Source: Candidatus Kuenenia stuttgartensis (GTDB lineage Bacteria > Planctomycetota > JAKEIC01 > DYIT01). Taken from it: 64,000 nucleotides of DNA. The position numbers and the translations under genes are program-made. Positions 21,101 to 27,725 of the stretch are shown here, piece after piece (positions within the stretch are counted from its first letter, which is position 1; each line of letters starts with the position of its first letter). Where the stretch lies: the NCBI GenBank assembly GCA_020723505.1, contig DYIT01000003.1, forward strand, positions 29,893 through 93,892. The letters run 5' to 3'. The notes under the pieces were generated by a model. That model saw only the letters and a program-made list of their open reading frames with translations, did not search any database and was not told where the DNA came from.

Positions 21101-23804
21101 CAGGGTGAGGGCCAGGAACGCTTCGACGGCGAACGGGGGATGGGGGCAGTGGGCGGTCGGGACGAACGGGTGCGTGGTGCTGCATCCGCCGGTGTCCCCG
21201 GCCAGCCTGGAGGCGCGTGACGTGCCCGCCGGGCCGGCGATTACGCAGGACATAAACGGGGACTACTATCTTGCGTGGTCGGCGGTGGTTTCCGCGTCGA
21301 GCTACGAGCTGCAGGAATACCAGGGTCCTCCTGCGCCGTCCGCCGGAGCGACGTGGGTCGCGATGTACATCGGGTCGAACACGAGCTTCCACATCCAGGG
21401 GAAGGTGGTGGGGACGTTCTACTACAGGGTGAGGGCGATGAACACGTCCGGGTCGAGCGCGTGGATACCCGTGGCGCCGACGTACGTGAGCGTCGAGATC
21501 ATACCGCCGATTCTGCCCGCGAACATATACCTGCCGGTGCCGCCGCAGAGCGCGACGGGTTCGTACACGGTCAGCTGGGATCCTTCGGCCGGCGCGACGT
21601 CGTACGATTTGGAGGAGAGGCAGGGGCTCGGCGGGACGTGGATGCCGGTGTATTCGGGTCCGGCGACGTCGTTCCAGGTGTTCGGCAAGACGGCCGGGAC
21701 GTACTACTACAGGGTGAGGGCGAGGAACGGGGCCGGGACGTCCGCGGGATGGACGTCGTCGGAGCCGGGCTACGTGCAGATAATCGCCCCGAATGCGCCG
21801 GCGGCGATAACGGTGCCTGCGCATTCGATATCCGGGTATTTCACGGTGGTTTGGACGAACAGCTCCGGGGCTACGGGGTATACGCTGGAGGAGGACACGT
21901 CTCCGGCGTTCGGCGGGGCGGCCGTGATATACGACGGGGCGGCGACTTCGTTCTACGTGACGAACAGGGGCACTCTGGGTGTTCCGACGATTTACTACTA
22001 CAGGGTCAGGTCTTACAACCTGGTGGGACCGAGCACGGCGTGGACGACGACTCCGGCCAACATGTGCGTCGTGGACCTCCAGGCTCCGCAGGCGCCTGCG
22101 GCGATAAACGTGCCGACGTCGTCGACGACGGGCACGTATCTCGTGACGTGGACGGCGTCCGACGGGACGCAGAGCTACACGCTGCAGGAGTCGACGGCGC
22201 CGGACAGCGGGTTTGCTTCGCCCGTGACGGTGTACACCGGTGCTGCCGCGTCGTACAACGTGGCCGGGAAGACCAACGGGACGTACTACTATCGCGTGAG
22301 GGCGACGAACGTGGCCGGGGACAGCGGGTGGACGACGACGCCGGCGAACACATGCGTTGTGGATTTGAAGCCGCCGTATCCTCCGAACTCGTTCACGGTG
22401 CCGCTGAGCTCGTTCACCGGGGTGATACCGTTGAGCTGGACGGCCGGGCAGGGGGGCCTCTGGTACGAGATACAGGAGGACGTGGATTCCGGGTTCGGGG
22501 GGGCGTCGGTGGCGTATCTCGGGGCGGGGACTTCATGCACGCTGTATGGCAGGTCTACGGGGACGTACTACTACCGCATAAGGTCTGTGAACACGGTGGG
22601 CGCTTCCGTGTGGTTCAACGGGTCGAACCCGTGCATGGTGAGCATAGTGAGCGCGGGGATTGGGGTGATGGCCGGGAACATGAACCCGGTTGCCGGGAAC
22701 GAGCTGCCGACGGCTGCGGACGTGCCGATGCTGCACCTTGCCGTGGCGAACAACAACCACAGCGACGTGGCGATATCCGCCGTGACGATAACTGCCGCCG
22801 GGACCGGGGACCCGAACGCGGAGATACAGAGCGCGGAGCTGTGGCAGGACGTGAACGGCGACGGGCGCATAGGCGCCGGCGACGTGCAGCTCGGGTCTGC
22901 GCAGGGATTTGCCGCGGCGGCGACTACCGTGACGTTCGGAGGGATAGTTCACACCATGCTGAAGAGCGCGGTGGAGAGCTGGCTGGTGGTGTTCACGTTC
23001 AACAACGCGGTGGTCGGGTCGACGTTCGGGGCCATGCTGGCATCGAACACGCAGATAAGCGCGGTGGACATCACGTACGGGAACGCCGTGGTTGTTGAGG
23101 GCGCGCCGGTGTCGGGCGGGACGAAGACGATACAGTCGTCCGGTGCCGGGGACCTTGGGGTGCACCTTGGCGCCAGGTCTGCGAAGGGCCAGTCGCTGCA
23201 GCCCGGGGCGTCGGGGGTGGGAATCATCCAGCTTGCCCTGTCCGCAGGGTCGATAGACGGGGCGAGGGTGACGAGGGTGCGGTTCACGTCCACGGGGTCC
23301 GGGATAGAGAACTCGGACGCGGTGAACGTCAGGCTGTTCGACGACGTTGACGGGGACGGAGCGATAGGGGGGACCGACGTGCAGCTAGGCTCGGGCACGT
23401 ACTCGGGGGACAACGGCATGATTACGTTCAGCGGGATAACCGGCGTCACGGTGGCTGCCGGCACGACCAGGCACCTCCTGCTGGCTTACGACTTCGCGTC
23501 CGGGATATCCGGGGTGCAGACGTACGCCGCGCTGATACTGACCGGGGGCGACGTGTCGGCCACGGGCGTGGCTTCGAACCAGGCGATAGTTCCCGCGGGA
23601 GCGCCTGTCGTCGGGTCGTACACGTCGGTGGGATCGGCGTCCCAGAACAATACCGGCGACAGCCCGAGATACTCAATCGGCGGATGCTCGGCGCAGCCCG
23701 CTGCGGTCGCCTGCGACCCCATGGGCCTCCTCGCGCCGTTCCTGGCCTTCGCGGCCCTCGGGCTTGCCGTCAGGACGGGCTTCCGCGCAGGACGCGGAAA
23801 ATAA
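18141..23804 (+). CDS. Paralogous giant FN3-repeat surface protein, 1,887 aa. Its N-terminal ~430 aa are diverged and Tyr-rich (YYYYY runs). The remainder is identical to gene 1.
   Basis: The start is ATG 18141 (MKRFTLVLMAVAFLAGLMFAADAEAQ), with AGGGGG upstream. It is identical to gene 1 from codon ~430 onward. Confidence 0.85.
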   Translation: MKRFTLVLMAVAFLAGLMFAADAEAQQPVYRKTDLPRGMTSIGSGPNTTTLYYPQITTYNVTTFPLSDASGYSPMVGGTKLWSWTDNNYNSYYYYYTYASVPIGFTFQYFATAQTSVNVGIAGLLFFTMPTYYYYVGQNYDIGNSQYVHDFIAPYWDELTIYYYTSYAYSCYYCGQSYYTTCPFGDVRYQTTGAVGSRVFKVQWHKMPHYWTHYNKGSVSFEARLYEGSNRIEFVYENSAANGVDVGNCYYAPPQTMYYYYSFTSTIGIEAANGTTGFGGPNKTSSNNHPVSNYRFDPVPPIVDDASRSFTLPADWDAPNNGFDFFATRYSTIWVGCNGIVTFAQDTNPNNAVLPSATTPNGFIALFWDDLKVDQVLTWDRINCAVQGPPGYRICVIEFNKVTVKANLALELTGQVVLNEVDNSIELRYDNGMLPWTGMSATIGIENQTGTVGLGGPGTGNNISTVPANNYKFTPIYPPLNWPSSPNPLQVPTNSATGNFAVRWSNTTRAEWYELQEGPSATGPWTAVYGSPTDQTATALSYSAINRNDGTYWYQVRAWNIAGSNSWVVSGNGCLVDKPPLPPVSMSVPFSDADGNYVVMWENSPSDTGSNMSYELQYDVTPNFGTPIVIPAPHAPCAVGLNDWQHAINGMLNGSYYYRVRANKSPAGLLSSWTYGANGCTVQLPPPSDPTFVDVYNFWPGGSTITTDADGTFAVVWGAATGQGTITYEVEEATNPQFMGAFPVYPVGADTGLDLFKTLTGRSGTPPLGTQYYYRVRAKNSSGYSNWVNDMNGVTVVIPAPTAPAGLDVRDDVGGAPGGVSITQDNNGDFWVVWNAVSGATQYILQQSTNNTVVNGSLVGAITLVNGTATQYHATGVGNGTYYFQVQAWNSSGSSPWSIWLAGLTVLLPPSAPTGLNVPATDADGVYQVTWGQNPGSEGVLEYMIQEDDNPGFSSPTTLGGAEFSGGTSTSASVGAASARSDGTYYYRVRARNASTANGGWGQWAVGTNGCVVLHPPVSPASLEARDVPAGPAITQDINGDYYLAWSAVVSASSYELQEYQGPPAPSAGATWVAMYIGSNTSFHIQGKVVGTFYYRVRAMNTSGSSAWIPVAPTYVSVEIIPPILPANIYLPVPPQSATGSYTVSWDPSAGATSYDLEERQGLGGTWMPVYSGPATSFQVFGKTAGTYYYRVRARNGAGTSAGWTSSEPGYVQIIAPNAPAAITVPAHSISGYFTVVWTNSSGATGYTLEEDTSPAFGGAAVIYDGAATSFYVTNRGTLGVPTIYYYRVRSYNLVGPSTAWTTTPANMCVVDLQAPQAPAAINVPTSSTTGTYLVTWTASDGTQSYTLQESTAPDSGFASPVTVYTGAAASYNVAGKTNGTYYYRVRATNVAGDSGWTTTPANTCVVDLKPPYPPNSFTVPLSSFTGVIPLSWTAGQGGLWYEIQEDVDSGFGGASVAYLGAGTSCTLYGRSTGTYYYRIRSVNTVGASVWFNGSNPCMVSIVSAGIGVMAGNMNPVAGNELPTAADVPMLHLAVANNNHSDVAISAVTITAAGTGDPNAEIQSAELWQDVNGDGRIGAGDVQLGSAQGFAAAATTVTFGGIVHTMLKSAVESWLVVFTFNNAVVGSTFGAMLASNTQISAVDITYGNAVVVEGAPVSGGTKTIQSSGAGDLGVHLGARSAKGQSLQPGASGVGIIQLALSAGSIDGARVTRVRFTSTGSGIENSDAVNVRLFDDVDGDGAIGGTDVQLGSGTYSGDNGMITFSGITGVTVAAGTTRHLLLAYDFASGISGVQTYAALILTGGDVSATGVASNQAIVPAGAPVVGSYTSVGSASQNNTGDSPRYSIGGCSAQPAAVACDPMGLLAPFLAFAALGLAVRTGFRAGRGK

Positions 23805-23872
23805 GGAAGGGCGGCCGGTCAATCGAGCAGTTGTGCGAAAGGGCCGGGGGACTGAAACCCCCGGCCCTTTTC
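19434..23872. repeat. Copy 2 of the 4,439-bp perfect direct repeat.
   Basis: See copy 1. Confidence 0.9.
23841..23872 (+). terminator. Rho-independent terminator of giant gene 2, inside the duplicated segment.
   Basis: Same hairpin as at 17806–17837, followed by a T-run. Confidence 0.8.
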
Positions 23873-24000
23873 TTTTCCAATCCGGCGCAGAGCAGGAAAA
23901 TTATGGACGAAGCCGAATCCCGGACGGCATAATACCCGGCATCCACGGGACGGGGCAGCCGGGGGATTCGTTCTTGAGCGGAGGAAACGCGCCAGGGAAC

Positions 24001-24792
24001 ATGGCGAAGGCTTGTTCGAAATTGCGGGTATGGCCGGCGGCTGCGGTGTGCATGCTTGCGCTTGCGACGGCCGGCGCGGAGGCTTCGGCGAAGCCCGAAG
24101 GAGTGTACGGCTCCGTGGAGGAGGCGGCGTTCGAGGCGTTCGTTTCGTGGGAGGGCTCTCTGGCAGGGGTTCTTGTGCCGGACGGGGATTCCGAGGAAGG
24201 CGATGTGTTCAGGCCCCCTCCTCCCGAAAAGATGTACAAGCCCTACCCCCGGCAGAAATACGACTGGTTCTCGGAGATGTTCCGCATCGGGATAAGCACC
24301 GGACTTCTGATCCCGCTGCTTGCGCGAGAAGCGGGCTACGATTTCGGCTGGTGGAGCAGGCTCACCCTGCACAGGGAGCTCGACCTGCTGGGCCTCAAGC
24401 TCTTCAGGACGATGGCAGAGCTGAGCGCCGAACTGGGGCAGTCGACTTCGATGCCCAGCGACCAGTCCTGGCACATTGTGTCCACGCTGTATTTTTTCCG
24501 CCTGAGGGCTGTCGCCGACTTCCTTCCCGATCAGCCCGGGGACCTGTACATCTTCGGCGGAGTCGGCTTGGGTTTCGAAAGGGCCAGGGGGCACCAGATC
24601 GGTCCGTCAGGCTACGCGAAGATTCATGAGCTGAACGTGAGCCCCCTGCTCGAGGGCGGCGCCGGAGTCTCGCTCGCAATATCCCGGGCCTTCATGCTCG
24701 ATTGCCGCGCATCCGTCACATGGCCCGTGACCTCGGGCAACATCATCCTCTACCTCAATATAGAACTAGGCGCCGTGTTCCTGTTCTTCTGA
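24001..24792 (+). CDS. Outer-membrane beta-barrel protein (signal peptide, C-terminal Phe).
   Basis: The start is ATG 24001 (MAKACSKLRVWPAAAVCMLALATAGAEASA). It has alternating amphipathic strands and ends ...ELGAVFLFF. The long ORF-track N-terminus is read-through from the upstream repeat. Confidence 0.7.
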   Translation: MAKACSKLRVWPAAAVCMLALATAGAEASAKPEGVYGSVEEAAFEAFVSWEGSLAGVLVPDGDSEEGDVFRPPPPEKMYKPYPRQKYDWFSEMFRIGISTGLLIPLLAREAGYDFGWWSRLTLHRELDLLGLKLFRTMAELSAELGQSTSMPSDQSWHIVSTLYFFRLRAVADFLPDQPGDLYIFGGVGLGFERARGHQIGPSGYAKIHELNVSPLLEGGAGVSLAISRAFMLDCRASVTWPVTSGNIILYLNIELGAVFLFF

Positions 24793-24815
24793 AGAAACGT
24801 CAACAGTCGACCTGA

Positions 24816-24998
24816 CCCCTTAAGGACGAAATCCTCTCTCGCGGAGAATTCAACATCTTCGGGCTGAGGAACAAGGAGATACGCAAGCACACACCCGGCA
24901 AGACTCCTTCACAGGTCTCTCACATTCTGAAACGTCTTCGCATCCACGGCTTGGTTAAAAAGATTGAGCGCATCGAGGATAGCATTCGGACTGGAGTC
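24816..24998 (+). pseudogene. Low-GC (~50%) start-less ORF fragment, probably a remnant of a mobile-element (transposase-like, HTH) gene.
   Basis: The frame is open with no start codon: PLKDEILSRGEFNIFGLRNKEIRKHTPGKTPSQVSHILKRLRIHGLVKKIERIEDSIR... It begins just after an in-frame TGA. Its GC content is distinctly below the ~65% background. It lies between the OMP gene and the 3' end of the amidohydrolase. Confidence 0.4.
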
Positions 24999-26249
24999 TC
25001 AAAGGGCGATTTCGAAGAAATCGAGCCTCTTCTCGTAGCCGAGCTGCCTGAAGATGTCGCGGACGAGCGCTGCGGGATCGCCGGCAATCAGCCTGGCCTG
25101 CCCCTTGATTTTGACCTCGGTGAAATGCGGGGAAAGCCTTTCGAACAGCGGACGGTACTTCGGCTTTCCGAAGGCCGGGATGCCGCGATGGATGACGAGG
25201 TCCAGGTCCGTGGAATCCATGGAGAGCAGGGCTTCGAAGGGGTTCTGCCCCTGGTCTTCGATTATGACGATGTCCGCGGATTTGCCCTTCTCGATTGTAC
25301 CGATGAGCGAATCCATCATGAGGGCCTTCGCCGGGTTGATTGTCGCCATCCGGAAGACGGTCTCCGCTTCGAGCTCCTTGAAATGCTTTTCGAGGAAGGC
25401 CTTTTTGGCGTACTGCATCTCGCGCAGGAGGTTTTCGCTGCCCGTCACGGTCGAATCCGTGCCGATGGACACGTTTATTCCCGAGTCCAGCGCCCTCGAG
25501 GCGTCGAGCGTGTCGCCGTACAGGAAATGGTTGGAGCTCGGGCACCAGACGATTTTGGCGCCGGCTTTCCTGACGATTTCGATGTCCTCCCTGGAAAAGC
25601 CGATGCAGTGCACCAGGACGGTATTTGATTTCACGGCTCCCAGCGAGTTGAGCTTGCGCAATTCCGCCCTCGCGATGTCGTCGATCCCCTCGGAGATGTG
25701 GATGATGAAGGGCGTCTTGCCTTCCGTGGCCGCGATCTCGTCCGAAATGCCCTCTCCCCAGCTGTTCCATCTCGAGGGATTCGTCGCCGAGGCGAGGACC
25801 CATTCCCTGCCGAAGGAAGTGACGACCCGGATGGGGGAGCCGTCGTAGGTCTGCTTCGGGAGCCTGAAATAGTGGTCGACGACCGTCGTCACCCCGGAAA
25901 TCAGGTTCCTGTATCCGCCCAAAGCGACAATCTGCACGTCCGGAATGCTCATACGTTCCAGGCGGACGGGATGCCTCTCGTAATACTCGAGCCATTGGTA
26001 GATGTTCGCGTAGAGCCCTTCACCCGCCTTGGGAGCCCAGGTGCCGACGAGGTGGTCGTGGATGTTTATCAGGCCCGGCAGCGCCGTGCATCTGCGAAAC
26101 GGGAAGGCGACGTCCGGAGACTTGCCGAGCGTGTCCGACGCTCCCGTGATTTCCGCAATCCTTCCGTCCTCGATGACAATCGATCTCTGCGCCTCAAGGC
26201 CCAGCGGCGTGAGGACTCTCAGTTCGTTCAGGAGAAAGGACTGGGACAC
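24999..26249 (-). CDS. Amidohydrolase-family metal-dependent hydrolase (nucleobase/nucleoside deaminase-like).
   Basis: HxH motif INIHDHL, VIEDGRIAEIT near the N-terminus, and ...GTDS... The start is GTG 26249 with no SD. Confidence 0.8.
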   Translation of the reverse strand: MSQSFLLNELRVLTPLGLEAQRSIVIEDGRIAEITGASDTLGKSPDVAFPFRRCTALPGLINIHDHLVGTWAPKAGEGLYANIYQWLEYYERHPVRLERMSIPDVQIVALGGYRNLISGVTTVVDHYFRLPKQTYDGSPIRVVTSFGREWVLASATNPSRWNSWGEGISDEIAATEGKTPFIIHISEGIDDIARAELRKLNSLGAVKSNTVLVHCIGFSREDIEIVRKAGAKIVWCPSSNHFLYGDTLDASRALDSGINVSIGTDSTVTGSENLLREMQYAKKAFLEKHFKELEAETVFRMATINPAKALMMDSLIGTIEKGKSADIVIIEDQGQNPFEALLSMDSTDLDLVIHRGIPAFGKPKYRPLFERLSPHFTEVKIKGQARLIAGDPAALVRDIFRQLGYEKRLDFFEIAL

Positions 26250-26280
26250 TTTCGACTTCGTAAAAAAGAATCACGGACCG

Positions 26281-27246
26281 TCAGAACGCCAGGACCAGGC
26301 CTATCCTTATCTGGAACGCCATCATGTACCCCGCCTCGTTCACCCCGTTCGCCGTCGCGTCGTCGGATGGATTCGGGGCGCCGTAGGTCGCAAGCTGGCC
26401 CTCGAGCATGATTCCGACCGAGGCCGAGAACCGCCACTCGATGCCGAACAGGAAATTCTGCGTGAGTATTATTCCGGAGTCCCAGTAGGCGCACTTGGGA
26501 TACTTGGTCGTGTCCGGCTCCACCCAGTCCACCGCCGGATGGAACCCGATACCGAACATGTATCCGAGATACGGGGCCACCCCGGTCTGAGCCTTGTTCT
26601 TGGAGAAAGAGAACCAGTCCCCGACGGAACGGTCGAAAAGGAAATACACCTTGAATCCCGCCGAGATCGTGATGGGCATGTAGGTGGTGAATTCGTGCGA
26701 GAGGGTGATTGCCGGATCGGTCGGATCAACCCTGTCGAACGCGGCGGCCGAGAAAGCGGCGAGCCCCAGGCTCAGGGCTATGTCCACCGCGGGCATGAGC
26801 CTCAAGCCGAAGGTCAGACCCCCGCCGATGCCGCCGGAAAAAGCCTCGCTGTATTCCGGGGCGTTCGATGCCGATCCCGCGTCCCCGGAGAGAATCGCGC
26901 TGTAGTTGAAGAAGACGGATATGGATATCTTCCGCATCTTCCCGGCCAGGTACCCTTCCTCCTCGGTCTTGCCGGGCTTTTCCCCTTCCTCTCCCGATCC
27001 TTTCGGTTCGCCGCCTTTTTCCTCTCCCCAGCCCTCCTCCTTGCCGCCTTCCTCCCCCCATCCTTCATCCTTGCCGCCGGATTTCCCCCCTTCATCGCCC
27101 CATTGCAGCATGAACGCGCCGGGCGAAATCCACGGCTGGGCGCACATGCAGACCATCGACGCGTCCGGCCCTGCAGCCGCAGGCGCCGCGGCAATGGCGA
27201 AAAGAACGCATAGTGCAGAAATGCAGGATGAGATCTTCCAGTTCAT
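26281..27246 (-). CDS. Outer-membrane beta-barrel protein with a Gly/Glu/Trp-rich low-complexity insert.
   Basis: The start is ATG 27246 (MNWKISSCISALCVLFAIAAAPAAA signal), with GAGGGGG upstream. A low-complexity stretch GKDEGWGEEGGKEEGWGEEKGGE is present. The protein ends ...IRIGLVLAF. Confidence 0.7.
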   Translation of the reverse strand: MNWKISSCISALCVLFAIAAAPAAAGPDASMVCMCAQPWISPGAFMLQWGDEGGKSGGKDEGWGEEGGKEEGWGEEKGGEPKGSGEEGEKPGKTEEEGYLAGKMRKISISVFFNYSAILSGDAGSASNAPEYSEAFSGGIGGGLTFGLRLMPAVDIALSLGLAAFSAAAFDRVDPTDPAITLSHEFTTYMPITISAGFKVYFLFDRSVGDWFSFSKNKAQTGVAPYLGYMFGIGFHPAVDWVEPDTTKYPKCAYWDSGIILTQNFLFGIEWRFSASVGIMLEGQLATYGAPNPSDDATANGVNEAGYMMAFQIRIGLVLAF

Positions 27247-27320
27247 TACACGCCCCCTCAAATCGCCACTAGACCGAAGACGTAATTATATTGACCGCAT
27301 TCCGGAAGTTCAATCGGAAT

Positions 27321-27360
27321 ATCCCACACGAAGCTGAATGCCAGGCGCTTCGTGTGGGAT
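27321..27360. repeat. REP-like palindromic hairpin, copy 1 (14-bp stem ATCCCACACGAAGC/GCTTCGTGTGGGAT, 12-nt loop).
   Basis: A perfect inverted repeat seen directly. It is part of a 51-bp unit (27325–27375) repeated at 27433–27483. Confidence 0.7.
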
Positions 27361-27430
27361 ATGCGCCCCCACTCCCCTGCCCTCTCCCCCGACCGGGGGA
27401 GAGGGGGGTACGGATGGAGATCCTTTCCAA

Positions 27431-27464
27431 CCACACGAAGCTGAATGCCAGGCGCTTCGTGTGG
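27431..27464. repeat. REP-like hairpin, copy 2 (identical stem and loop).
   Basis: CCACACGAAGC-TGAATGCCAGGC-GCTTCGTGTGG. A GC hairpin CCCTCTCCCCC-GACC-GGGGGAGAGGG (27380–27405) lies between the copies. Confidence 0.7.
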
Positions 27465-27725
27465 GATATGCGCCCCCACTCCGGTTCCGGGGCTACCGGT
27501 GCGTAAAACTCTCTTTACTATCTACTTTGCATTTTTACAAAAAAACCGCTGGTCAGGCGATGGATTTAAAAGGGCAATCGCATCCTGAAGACGTTGAAAG
27601 GGTTGGGAGCGGCGAAAACAGGGGAGGTTCGTTCTGATGCTTTGATTTGCGGCATGTGTTTTGCTAAAATGTATTCAATTATTATCAGCCTGAAGACCAT
27701 GGAAGGTGACTTAGGAGGAGAAGTG

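Noticed and set aside
27325-27483. Possible CRISPR array (two 51-bp direct repeats, 108-bp period).
   Set aside because: There are only two copies. The repeats are internally palindromic hairpins of REP-like character. No cas genes or leader are present, and the spacer is a G/C hairpin. It is not a CRISPR.
27291-27637. ORFs 27291..27506 and 27338..27637 with the duplicated peptide HEAECQALRVGYAPP.
   Set aside because: They are produced by translating the duplicated hairpin repeat. They have no start context and no similarity to anything. The region is a structured intergenic region.
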